Assembly (NCBI GenBank): GCA_963667845.2
Contig: CAXXVL010000001.1
Coordinates: 96,001-160,000, forward strand
Length of the DNA: 64,000 nucleotides
Direction of reading: 5' to 3'
DNA from: Smithellaceae bacterium
GTDB lineage: Bacteria; Desulfobacterota; Syntrophia; Syntrophales; Smithellaceae
A program made the position numbers and the translations under genes. This document shows, one piece after another, positions 49,555 through 58,761 of this stretch (positions are counted from its first letter, which is position 1; each line of letters begins with the position of its first letter). Under the pieces are notes generated by a model that searched no databases, was not told the origin of the DNA, and saw nothing but the letters and a program-made list of their open reading frames with translations.

Positions 49555-49583
49555 ATCTTACCCGATAATACTTGCAAAGTCAA
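49555..49583 (-). promoter_or_regulatory. sigma70-type promoter of the GmrSD-like gene
   Basis: Minus strand TTGACT-17 nt-TAAGAT, ending 7 nt before the ATG (possibly leaderless). Confidence 0.5.
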
Positions 49584-49933
49584 AGAGGTCAGGCAAAATG
49601 ACAGCGATGCCGATTCCCGATTAAACAGCGGCCCCGGGTCGGACCATGAGATCCGACCGGTCACTGGGATCACCCGGACAGCGCCGATGAAATTCGTACT
49701 GTGCGTCTCTAAAGGTTTAAAGGCGTCGCTACCGTCACCGGGAACGCCGCTTTTGTGCTGAGCCAACCTGCGCAATCAAGATATTTTGCCTATCTTGTCG
49801 CAGGGCTTCGAGTCCGTTCTATCGCACCTGAAGTCGTATACCGCATCGCGGCGCAGAGCGCCGGGTCTCAGAAATTGCATTTTAGAGGCAATAAGCGCGA
49901 ACGCTCATTAGCCCGCTGGGGCGGGACGTAAAA

Positions 49934-50584
49934 TCACGCCAGAATATTTTTGAGGATATAATCTTCGATGAGGCCGTCGATTTTCTTTTTCGAATACTTC
50001 CTCCGGAATGTCCAGCCCCGCAGGGCCGGCATAATCAGCTGGAAAAAAATCATGCTGGCGGCAAAGTAGGGGTCTTTTACCTTGAACAAACCTTGTTTGA
50101 TTCCCACCCGAATAAGTTTTTCCATCTCTCTGATCTGGTCCAGCTCCATTTTCTTTGCGCGGTCCATGTCCTTTTTCGGCAGCAGCCGCGACTCCCGGTA
50201 CATCAGGACAATCTCATTGTGAAATTCATGGATGTTGTTCATGGATATACGGAGATTGGACCGCAAGCGTTCCAGGGGATCTTTGACGGTCATGACTTCG
50301 GGGCCCAGAGACGATTCCTCTACAATCTTGTGATAAACATCGAAGACGAGGCAAAGGATATCTTCTTTTTTTGAAATATAGTCATACAGGTTACCCATCG
50401 CCATGCCAGTGGCCCGGGAGATTTCACGCATCGTCGTTTGCTGGTAACCTTTTTTGATGAACAATTTTGCCGCTGACTTTGCAATCAGAAGCTGCTTTTT
50501 GCCGACCAAGTCGGAATTCTTGATCCGGCTGTAAACACGACGGGCGCTCTTTTTCGCAGGAGGTGCTGCTTTAACATTTCTCAT
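49934..50584 (-). CDS. TetR/AcrR family regulator
   Basis: AAKLFIKKGYQQTTMREISRATGMAMGNLYDYISKKEDIL HTH; divergent from the liv/CoA-transferase operon. Confidence 0.9.
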   Translation of the reverse strand: MRNVKAAPPAKKSARRVYSRIKNSDLVGKKQLLIAKSAAKLFIKKGYQQTTMREISRATGMAMGNLYDYISKKEDILCLVFDVYHKIVEESSLGPEVMTVKDPLERLRSNLRISMNNIHEFHNEIVLMYRESRLLPKKDMDRAKKMELDQIREMEKLIRVGIKQGLFKVKDPYFAASMIFFQLIMPALRGWTFRRKYSKKKIDGLIEDYILKNILA

Positions 50585-50735
50585 CAATTTCTCTTTGTGC
50601 GTCCCGGTATAGAAAAAAAACTTGAGGGATGCTAACAGTGAAACAGCTTGCGAAGGCATATCAGCAAATAAAAATAAAATAAAGATGAAAATGCTCTTGC
50701 GACAAAAGAGAATGCATGATAGGCAAAAAAAAAGC

Positions 50736-50747
50736 GAGCGATCGTTC
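50736..50747. promoter_or_regulatory. Candidate TetR operator
   Basis: Near-palindrome GAGCGATCGTTC flanked by A and T tracts in the divergent intergenic region. Confidence 0.4.
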
Positions 50748-51126
50748 TTTTTGTTTTATTACCACTAGCGCAGGATCGTCCGTTTGTGGTAATGAGTCGT
50801 TTCTTGTTTTGAAATACTTTTCGAAATGGATGCCGTAAAAGACATGCCTGAATCACTAATCATTACATTGCCGAAGAGGATTGCCCTTCTTACGAGAGCC
50901 CTCTCGGCTGCGAGCAGGGTTTACAATGTCTTTCCGGGGGCGCCCCGCGTTTCCGGGCAGGAAGCAGCTTGAGCTCTCTTAATTTTTTTCTGGCTGCACC
51001 ATACATTTCAATTGATATTTCATCTCGGCCATAGTGGAATTTCGCGAAAGCGCCACGTGAGACGAGGCAGTCCGTTGCTTTGGCAACCGGACCGGTTCTG
51101 AATTTAAACCAGAAAGGATATACAAT

Positions 51127-51999
51127 ATGGATCCAACAACATCGATGTACGTATCCCAGGCAATACATGGGATAGCCTACGGCATGATCCTGTTCCTTAT
51201 CGCATCTGGCCTGAATATTATTTTCGGGATGATGGGAATATTGAACTTGGCTCACGCCTCATTTTTTATGCTGTCGGCTTATTTCTGTCACCAGGTGGTG
51301 AAGATAACGGGAAACTTCTGGATAGGACTTCTCCTGGCGCCGATTTTCACAGCCCTTATCGGCATCGTCCTGGAGCGGGTCTTTCTCCGGAAAATCCACG
51401 CGTTCGGGCATCTGGGCGAGTTGATCCTCACGCTGGGGATTGGGCAGGTCATCCTGGCCATGGTTAAGATCTTCTGGGGCACGGAGAGCCTTCCCGTCGA
51501 CGTTCCGCCTATATTGAGCGGCATGGTGGGAGCGGGTGGCTTGAATTACCCGATCTATCGTTTGTTTGTCATCGGTCTGTCCCTGGTGGTTCTCGTGTTT
51601 ATGTTGCTCTTGCTCTATGGGACGCGGCTCGGCAAGATCGTCCGCGCGGCCGTTTCCGACCGGGATATGGTGAACGCACTAGGCATCAACATCCCCGTCG
51701 TTTTTATGGCCGTATTCGGTGTCGGAACATGGCTCGCCGGAATATCCGGGGTCGCGATTGCGCCGATTCTGACGGTGTTTCCGGGACTGGCCGACCAGGT
51801 GGGCATGGATGCCTTTATTGTCGTCGTGACGGGCGGTTTCGGAAGCCTGATGGGCGCTTTCATCGTTGCCATCATCTTCGGTCTTTTGAGTTCTTTCGGT
51901 GTTCAGTTCCTTTCTCAATTAGCGCCGGTCCTGATGGTTGGCTTCATGGCTCTTGTTCTGGCTTTCCGGCCTAATGGATTATTTGGAGTAGAAGAATGA
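51127..51999 (+). CDS. LIV-type ABC permease (LivH-like)
   Basis: ASGLNIIFGMMGILNLAH, GGFGSLMGA. Confidence 0.9.
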   Translation: MDPTTSMYVSQAIHGIAYGMILFLIASGLNIIFGMMGILNLAHASFFMLSAYFCHQVVKITGNFWIGLLLAPIFTALIGIVLERVFLRKIHAFGHLGELILTLGIGQVILAMVKIFWGTESLPVDVPPILSGMVGAGGLNYPIYRLFVIGLSLVVLVFMLLLLYGTRLGKIVRAAVSDRDMVNALGINIPVVFMAVFGVGTWLAGISGVAIAPILTVFPGLADQVGMDAFIVVVTGGFGSLMGAFIVAIIFGLLSSFGVQFLSQLAPVLMVGFMALVLAFRPNGLFGVEE

Positions 52000-52997
52000 A
52001 GAATAAAATAATAAAAATAATTTTGTGGGCGGTGTTGATCGTCATTTTGGCTTTCCTTCCCAAAATGTTCGGCATCTACTATACGAATATTTTTGTCACC
52101 TTTGCCATCTTTGCCGTTTATGCCGTTTCCCTGAATGTGCTCCTGGGCTATACAGGGCTTTTGAGTTTCGGGCACGCGATGTTTTTTGGCGTCGGCGGAT
52201 ATGGGACGGCCCTGGCATTGAAACACATCGAAGGGATCAGCCTGTTTCCGGCGATCGGAATCGGGTTTCTGGCGGCGATTGCGCTGGCGTTGATCTTAGC
52301 GCCGCTGGTAACGCGGGTCAAAGGGACGGCCTTTGCCATGCTGCACCTGGCTTTCGGACAGCTCTTCTACGTTCTGGCGCTTAAATTGCGGAATATAACC
52401 GGCGGCGAGGACGGAATCGGCAATTTCCCGATTCCCAACTTCACGATTCCCGGCCTCTTCTCCATTTCCGTGGGTGGCAATCCGGTCAATTTCTACTATC
52501 TGGCAATTATCGTTTTGGGCATCAGCACCTGGTTGATGTGGTTCTTCACGAAAACGCCTTTCGGCCAGATCCAGGTGGGTATCCGGGACAACGCGAAACG
52601 GATTGATTATCTGGGGTACAAAGTTCCCCAGTCCAAAGCGGTCATTTATGTTATTTCCGGCGCCTTTGCCGGCATGGCCGGCGCTATGTACGCCTTGTTC
52701 CATAACCTGGTCTCGGCGGATGGTTCTCTGGGAGCCCTGGTCTCCTTCACACCGATTATGGCGTCGATGATCGGAGGCGTGGGCAGCTTCTTTGGTCCGA
52801 TCTGGGGAACGGCGATATTCCAGATTCTGGAAGAATTGACGATTCGCTTTACGGACCGTGTGGAACTGGTAACAGGGGTGATTTTGATTCTGGTTGTCAT
52901 GTTTGCGCCCCAGGGGTTGGCCGGCTTTATCAGATTAATAAAGCAGAAATATTTCTCGGGTCAGGCCGCGAGTGTTGAAAAGGAGAAGCTGTCATGA
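51996..52997 (+). CDS. LIV-type ABC permease (LivM-like)
   Basis: NVLLGYTGLLSFGHAMFFG, TGGEDG, IRDNAKR. Confidence 0.9.
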   Translation: MKNKIIKIILWAVLIVILAFLPKMFGIYYTNIFVTFAIFAVYAVSLNVLLGYTGLLSFGHAMFFGVGGYGTALALKHIEGISLFPAIGIGFLAAIALALILAPLVTRVKGTAFAMLHLAFGQLFYVLALKLRNITGGEDGIGNFPIPNFTIPGLFSISVGGNPVNFYYLAIIVLGISTWLMWFFTKTPFGQIQVGIRDNAKRIDYLGYKVPQSKAVIYVISGAFAGMAGAMYALFHNLVSADGSLGALVSFTPIMASMIGGVGSFFGPIWGTAIFQILEELTIRFTDRVELVTGVILILVVMFAPQGLAGFIRLIKQKYFSGQAASVEKEKLS

Positions 52998-53740
52998 ACA
53001 TTCTGGAAACCAAAGACTTAAAACACGATTTCAGCGGATTGAAGGTGCTGTTCGGCATCGATCTGCAGGTGAAAGAAGGCGAACGCCACGCCGTCATAGG
53101 ACCGAACGGCGCCGGGAAGACGACGCTGTTTAATTGCATTACGGGAACATACAAACCGAGCAGCGGGCAGGTATTTTTTAAAGGAAAAGAAATCACCGGG
53201 TATAAACCGCATCAGCTGGCGCGCATCGGGATGGGCCGCTCCTTTCAGATAACCAGTACCTTTACCAATCTGACGGCGTTTCAGAACGTCCGACTGGCCA
53301 TTTTGTCCAAACGGGGGATTCGCTTCAACCTTATCCGCAGTGTGGATCGCATGAAAGATATTACGGCGGAGACGGAGGCCGTGCTGGACCGGATCGGACT
53401 GCTCAAAGAACGGAATGTTCCCGCCAGTATGCTGTCTTACGGCAAGGCGCGGGCTCTGGAGATCAGTATGGCCCTGGCCACGGATCCGGAGCTGGTTCTG
53501 CTCGATGAATTTGCCGCGGGCATGTCCCGTGACGAAACGCATAACGCGGTGGCCCTGATCCGGAAACTGACGGAAGGCAAAACCGTGGTCATTATCGAAC
53601 ATGATATGGATGTGGTTTTCTCGATTGCCGACCGGATTACGGTTCTGCATTACGGGAAAATCCTGGCGTCGGGACCGCCTGCCGAGATCCGGGTCAACAA
53701 AGATGTTAAGGATGCCTATCTGGGCGATCTGGAAGTCTGA
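52994..53740 (+). CDS. LIV-type ABC ATPase (LivG-like)
   Basis: GPNGAGKT, RSFQ, LSYG, IEHDM. Confidence 0.9.
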   Translation: MNILETKDLKHDFSGLKVLFGIDLQVKEGERHAVIGPNGAGKTTLFNCITGTYKPSSGQVFFKGKEITGYKPHQLARIGMGRSFQITSTFTNLTAFQNVRLAILSKRGIRFNLIRSVDRMKDITAETEAVLDRIGLLKERNVPASMLSYGKARALEISMALATDPELVLLDEFAAGMSRDETHNAVALIRKLTEGKTVVIIEHDMDVVFSIADRITVLHYGKILASGPPAEIRVNKDVKDAYLGDLEV

Positions 53741-53780
53741 GATGAGACGTACGACATATATGAAGATGAGGTAATCAAAC

Positions 53781-54497
53781 ATGTTACTGGAAGCTAAAGA
53801 CTTAAATACATTTTACGGCGCAAGCCATGTGTTGCAGGGGGTATCGGTGAACGTCGCCGAGGGGGAATTGGTTGCCCTGTTGGGTCGCAACGGCATGGGA
53901 AAGAGCACGACCTTGAAAACCATTATGGGCCTGTGCAAAGCAAAATCCGGTTCGGTGCTTTTTGAGGGAAATGAGATTATCGGATTTCCGCCTTACAAAG
54001 CGGCCCAGGCGGGCATCGGCTACGTTCCTGAAGAACGGCGGATCTTCCCGGAACTCACTGTTCATGACAACCTGCTTTTGGGCATCAAGGGCGGAAAGAT
54101 CAAAAATCCGAACGATCCGAATGTCTGGACGACAGATCGGATCTACAGTCATTTTCCGAAGCTTGCGGAACGCTGCAATTCTCAGGGACGGTTTTTGTCC
54201 GGCGGCGAGCAGCAGATGCTTTCGATCGGGCGTTCGCTCATGGGGAATCCGAAGCTGCTTTTGGTGGATGAACCTTCCGAAGGCTTGGCGCCGATCATGG
54301 TTCAGGAAGTCCGCAATGTCCTCGAGGAGATCAACAAGGCGGGTGTTGCCATCCTGCTGGTCGAACACAACCTGAAGGTGGCCCTGTCGCTGGCTCACCG
54401 CGTTTATTTGATGGGGAAAGCGCAGGTTGGCTACACCGGTTCCGTCGAGGAACTCAGAGATAATAACGAGGTTCGTGCAAAGTATCTGGAAGTCTGA
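53781..54497 (+). CDS. LIV-type ABC ATPase (LivF-like)
   Basis: GRNGMGKS, LSGGEQQM, DEPSEGLAP. Confidence 0.9.
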   Translation: MLLEAKDLNTFYGASHVLQGVSVNVAEGELVALLGRNGMGKSTTLKTIMGLCKAKSGSVLFEGNEIIGFPPYKAAQAGIGYVPEERRIFPELTVHDNLLLGIKGGKIKNPNDPNVWTTDRIYSHFPKLAERCNSQGRFLSGGEQQMLSIGRSLMGNPKLLLVDEPSEGLAPIMVQEVRNVLEEINKAGVAILLVEHNLKVALSLAHRVYLMGKAQVGYTGSVEELRDNNEVRAKYLEV

Positions 54498-54620
54498 TGC
54501 AAAAATCTTATCCCGTGAAAAGGATCAGTTATTTTATCATGGGATGGGCTGATGCAGAGTGTTATGGTCTCCATGACGTCTCCTGATAGCCTTTGTTTCG
54601 ATACTGTGAGGTCGATTGCT

Positions 54621-54662
54621 TGCGATACTCCATGACTTTTTATCTTCTCATGGAGTATCGCA
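54621..54662. repeat. Perfect 15-bp inverted repeat
   Basis: TGCGATACTCCATGA-12 nt-TCATGGAGTATCGCA. Confidence 0.8.
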
Positions 54663-54740
54663 TGAATCATTCCGATGGGGGAATGCCCCATCTCTTAATC
54701 TAGTCGTTTCCAATCTATTCTAAAAAGCTGGGAGGTGTGT

Positions 54741-55787
54741 ATGGCAGAAGTGAACGGTAAGGTCATGAGCGCCAAAGAAGCAATCGGCAAGTTCGTCCAT
54801 GACGGCGACCAACTGGTGATCGGCAATTATACCGTAGGAAGCTGCGCCGAACTCGTCTATGAGGTTATTCGGCAGGGCCGCAAGGGTCTGACTCTTTATT
54901 CGCAATCGGGCATTTTCGATGTCGAGACCATTGTCGGTGCCGGTTGCGTAGACCGTCTGGTGACGACTTACTGTCTGAGGGCAGGAGGCAAGAAGGGCGG
55001 TTCAGCCGTGGAGCGGGGGTTGAATGCGGGTACCCTGGAAATTGAGGACTATACAAACTTTCAGTACAATGCACGCATGATGGCGGGGATGCACGGCTTT
55101 TCCTATATCCAGGTTCTGGAAGGCGCCATGGTCACGGATCTCTTCCACAAAAGAGGTTTTATGGGTGAAGACAAATTCCGCGTTATTAAGTGTCCCTATA
55201 CCGGCAAGGAGAATTTGACGGTACCGGCGGCCAATCCTGATGTGTGCATCGTTCATGTGCAACGCTGCGACAAATTTGGAAATGCCCAGTACTGGGGTGC
55301 TTTAGGAAGCGTAGCTGCAGCAGCACTGGCGAGTAAGCGGATCGTTGTTTCCTGTGAAGAAATTGTGGAGCACGATGTCATCCAATCGAGTCCTCATCTC
55401 ACCCTGATTCCCGCTTATCGTGTCGATGCGGTGGTCGAGGTTCCCTGGGGAGCAAATCCGACGGAAGTGCTGGGTTATTATAACATGGACCAGTTTATGT
55501 ACGGCCTGTTCATGATGGCCGACGGTACGGGCGACGGGCTGAAAGCCTGGATGGACGAATGGGTTTTCGGCTGTGAGAACCGCGCGGCTTATATTGATCA
55601 TTATATCCAGAAATTCGGCAGCAAGGTATTGGATGGAATTCGGGCCAAGGCCTTTTATTCGGCGCCGGCCAATTATGGATCGGCCTTTACCTCGCGTTGG
55701 GATCGAGAAGGCAAGGAACGAAATATGGGGATGACGCTCCCGGAGTTTGAGCAAACATTGAAGGAAAGGGGGAAACTCTATGAGTAA
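54741..55787 (+). CDS. Family I CoA-transferase subunit A (glutaconate CoA-transferase-like)
   Basis: EAIGKFVHDGD, CPYTG, PDVCIVHVQRCDKFGN, VDAVVEVPWGANP. Confidence 0.85.
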   Translation: MAEVNGKVMSAKEAIGKFVHDGDQLVIGNYTVGSCAELVYEVIRQGRKGLTLYSQSGIFDVETIVGAGCVDRLVTTYCLRAGGKKGGSAVERGLNAGTLEIEDYTNFQYNARMMAGMHGFSYIQVLEGAMVTDLFHKRGFMGEDKFRVIKCPYTGKENLTVPAANPDVCIVHVQRCDKFGNAQYWGALGSVAAAALASKRIVVSCEEIVEHDVIQSSPHLTLIPAYRVDAVVEVPWGANPTEVLGYYNMDQFMYGLFMMADGTGDGLKAWMDEWVFGCENRAAYIDHYIQKFGSKVLDGIRAKAFYSAPANYGSAFTSRWDREGKERNMGMTLPEFEQTLKERGKLYE

Positions 55788-56592
55788 ACCGTATACACTG
55801 CAGGAACTTTTAGTAATTGCCGTTGCGAAAGAAATTCACGACCATGAAAATGTCATTCTGGGCGTGGGTCTGCCCACGACGGCCGGGGCGATGGCCAAGG
55901 CCCTGTATGCCCCTCATGCCACCCTCATGATGGAATCGGGGATTATCGACTTCGAGCCGCTTCTGCCCTTGAACCATATCGCCGATGCCCATTCCTGCCG
56001 GGGTTTTTCCTATGCGACGGATCTCTTTTCCGCTTTTACCATGACGTATCGTGGTTTTGTCGATGTCTGCTTCCTCGGAGTAGGGCAGGTGGATAAATAC
56101 GGTAATCTGAACACGACCGCCATCGGGGATTATTACAAGCCGACGATGCGGCTTCCGGGATCGGGCGGCGCTGCCGATTTCATCGCTTATGCCAAAAGAA
56201 CGGTGCTCACGATGTTGGGAGGAAATTTCGTAAACAAGCTGGATTATTTTACCTCCCCCGGATATCTGGATGGCGGGGACAGCCGGGATAAATCGGGTTT
56301 ATTCCCGAAGGGTACGGGCCCGACGATGCTGCTCTCCACAAAAGGGCTATTCCGGTTCGATCCGGTAACGAAGGAAATGTATCTGGCCCAGATCCATCCC
56401 CGGGTCACCATTGAGGACGTGAAGAAGGATGTGCCGTGGGATTTGAAAATAGCCCCCGATCTGTCGGAGACGCCTCACCCGACGGATGAGGAAATAGATT
56501 TCATCAGGTGTTTTGCTCCGGCCATGTCGGCGGGCAGAGAACTGGCGATGGAGTTGACCATCGTGAACATGATGAAAATGCTCAAAGTATAA
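55780..56592 (+). CDS. Family I CoA-transferase subunit B
   Basis: GVGLP, MMESG (catalytic Glu), QVDKYGNLN, RLPGSGGAAD, TSPG. Confidence 0.87.
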   Translation: MSKPYTLQELLVIAVAKEIHDHENVILGVGLPTTAGAMAKALYAPHATLMMESGIIDFEPLLPLNHIADAHSCRGFSYATDLFSAFTMTYRGFVDVCFLGVGQVDKYGNLNTTAIGDYYKPTMRLPGSGGAADFIAYAKRTVLTMLGGNFVNKLDYFTSPGYLDGGDSRDKSGLFPKGTGPTMLLSTKGLFRFDPVTKEMYLAQIHPRVTIEDVKKDVPWDLKIAPDLSETPHPTDEEIDFIRCFAPAMSAGRELAMELTIVNMMKMLKV

Positions 56593-56758
56593 TTTCGGTT
56601 ATGGATAGAACAGATCGGACACAGGGAAATAGAAAAAATTGAAAAGGAGGTAATTGGGCAGGCAGGTTAGAGCTCCATACGGCAATCATGCGTAAACAGG
56701 GTCATAGACTGGCCTGTTTACGGAATTGAAAATTGTGACACGAGGGAGGAAAAGGAAC

Positions 56759-58252
56759 ATGAAAAATCTTAGGGTGAGCTTTACGATTCTAATGGGTATT
56801 TTTCTAATTTTCACGATGATGGCCTATAGTCCATCTAACGCCATAGCCCAGAAAGCGGCAAAAAAAGGCGAGAAAGCCAGCGCAGCGAAATCTGATAGCT
56901 CTGAAACTTGGTCCAAACCCAACGCAGCCTTTGATGCCAGCAAGATGGGCGATATGTCCGGCTGGGATCCGGCAAAATGGGTGAATCCCGAGGGGGACAC
57001 CATTAAAATCGCTGTTTTCTGGCCTCATTCCGGTCCCGCGGCGGCGAATGGAGAACTCGGCTGGGCTTGTATCAATTTTGCCGCCTATGACATCAACCAG
57101 CGGGGCGGCCTCTTTGTGGACGGCAAGAAGAAGAAGATCGCCCTGTACAAAGCGGACACTATGTCCAAACAGGATCAGGCCAAGAAGATCGCCGAACGCA
57201 TGGTCCTCCAGGAGAAGGTTCATGTCATCATCGGGACCTCAGGGAGCAACCTGATGAAGGTCGCCAACGAGGTGGGCAACCGCTACAAGGTCATCGTTCA
57301 GAATGTCGGCGCCCTGTCCGATGAACTTCAGGACGCGACAAATTTCGGCCGCTACGCCTTCATGAGTTCCGACACCACCTATTCAATTGGCCGCGGCATG
57401 GCCTACTACTACGGCAAGATCCGGAAGAAAGAAAAGAAGTTTTATATCCTCTGCCAGGATTACTCCTTCGGCCGGGACATGGCGGAAGGCTTCAAAATGG
57501 GCCTTAAGGAGTACTATCCCGACGCACAAATTGTCGGCGAAGACTATCACAAACTGTTCCTGACGGATTTTGCCCCGTACCTGGAAAAGATCAAGGCCTC
57601 CGGCGCCGAGGTCGTCTATACGGGAGACTGGATCCCTGATGCCGCGACCCTGCTGAAACAGGCCCGGGCGATGGGAATCAAGCTGCCCTTTGCGAACCTT
57701 TTCATCGATAACCCGGACTTCCTCACGGAGGTTGGCGTGGAGAACACAAAAGGCCTGGTCAACATCAAGCACTTTGACAAAGCCGGACCGGCCTTTAACA
57801 ATCCCGGCATGATCAAGTATTATAAGGCATGGAATGACAACTGGAAGAAATTCGATTCCAAACCCTACAATACCCCCATCTATAAACACCCCATGGGAAC
57901 ACTCGGCAGCTGGACACTTCAGACCTACTGGCTCCTGAGCGTCATCGAAAGGGCAAAAAGCACGGATCCCGAGAAGATTATTAAGGTTTGGGAAGGGGAT
58001 ACCTATCAATATCCCAACGGACGTATTGTCAAGATGCGGGCCTGTGATCACAAGTCGATTCAGGGTTTCCGAATTGCCGAGTTCGTAGAGCCGGCCCGGC
58101 AGAAAGCATCGTTTAATATGCCGCCTTACTACTGGTTCGACAATGCGTCGAACGTCGGCGATCTGACCTGGGACATCCCGGCGTCAGCGGTGCTGCCCTA
58201 CATGGATCCGAAGCTGGATCGATGCAAGGGTAAAAGTGCCTGGGGCGATTAG
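56759..58252 (+). CDS. LivK-type ABC substrate-binding protein (paralog 1)
   Basis: Signal peptide, IKIAVFWPHSG, QDYSFG, TDFAPYL, MRACDH. Confidence 0.87.
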   Translation: MKNLRVSFTILMGIFLIFTMMAYSPSNAIAQKAAKKGEKASAAKSDSSETWSKPNAAFDASKMGDMSGWDPAKWVNPEGDTIKIAVFWPHSGPAAANGELGWACINFAAYDINQRGGLFVDGKKKKIALYKADTMSKQDQAKKIAERMVLQEKVHVIIGTSGSNLMKVANEVGNRYKVIVQNVGALSDELQDATNFGRYAFMSSDTTYSIGRGMAYYYGKIRKKEKKFYILCQDYSFGRDMAEGFKMGLKEYYPDAQIVGEDYHKLFLTDFAPYLEKIKASGAEVVYTGDWIPDAATLLKQARAMGIKLPFANLFIDNPDFLTEVGVENTKGLVNIKHFDKAGPAFNNPGMIKYYKAWNDNWKKFDSKPYNTPIYKHPMGTLGSWTLQTYWLLSVIERAKSTDPEKIIKVWEGDTYQYPNGRIVKMRACDHKSIQGFRIAEFVEPARQKASFNMPPYYWFDNASNVGDLTWDIPASAVLPYMDPKLDRCKGKSAWGD

Positions 58253-58303
58253 CTGATCGACAGGTTATGATGGTACGGGTAAAGTAAAGAAGTAAAACTT
58301 ATT

Positions 58304-58332
58304 AAGGCCCCGCTCACGGAGCGGGGCCTTTT
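58304..58332 (+). terminator. Intrinsic terminator
   Basis: AAGGCCCCGCTC/GAGCGGGGCCTT stem plus TT. Confidence 0.75.
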
Positions 58333-58505
58333 CAGCAGGGTGGTTCATTTGCATATCGGTCGGATAGACAGTTCGCGTTTCACCTTGCGAGGCGCCGGGG
58401 AAAGGTATCTTGGAGGTTGAGGGGTTCAATGTTCAGGGTTGAAAGAAAGAGCTGAATGTCTTTATAAAAATATTATCGTCGCAACATGCAAAAACAAAGG
58501 AAGGG

Positions 58506-58701
58506 ATCCGTCCCTGTTTTACCATTGAGGATATGAAGGAAGAAGTTCACTGGGACTTAAAGATAGCGCCGGACCCGGCACATTCCACCGACAGATGAGG
58601 AAATCGATTTCATCAGAGATTTTGCCCCGTCGATGCCGGCGGGCAGAGAGCTGTCGCTGGAGTCAACGCTTACCAATATGATGAAGCAACTCAAGGCGTA
58701 A
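58506..58701 (+). pseudogene. 3' remnant of a CoA-transferase subunit B paralog
   Basis: IRPCFTIEDMKEEVHWDLKIAPD (frameshift) PTDEEIDFIRDFAPSMPAGRELSLESTLTNMMKQLKA* aligns to the C-terminus of 55780-56592. Confidence 0.85.
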
Positions 58702-58761
58702 AGGGGCGCCGGAGTTGATAGGAAGTCGTTGTTCACAAAATTAAAGAAGGAGGAGTTCAAG

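Noticed and set aside
49801..49830. tRNA-like TTCGAGTCC motif next to the GmrSD gene
   Set aside because: No cloverleaf, acceptor stem or CCA, and no integrase nearby.
58304..58332. CCCGCTCAC shared between this terminator (and 60312) and repeat family A
   Set aside because: The match is only about 9 nt and the rest of the family A sequence is missing; both are explained as duplicated terminators.
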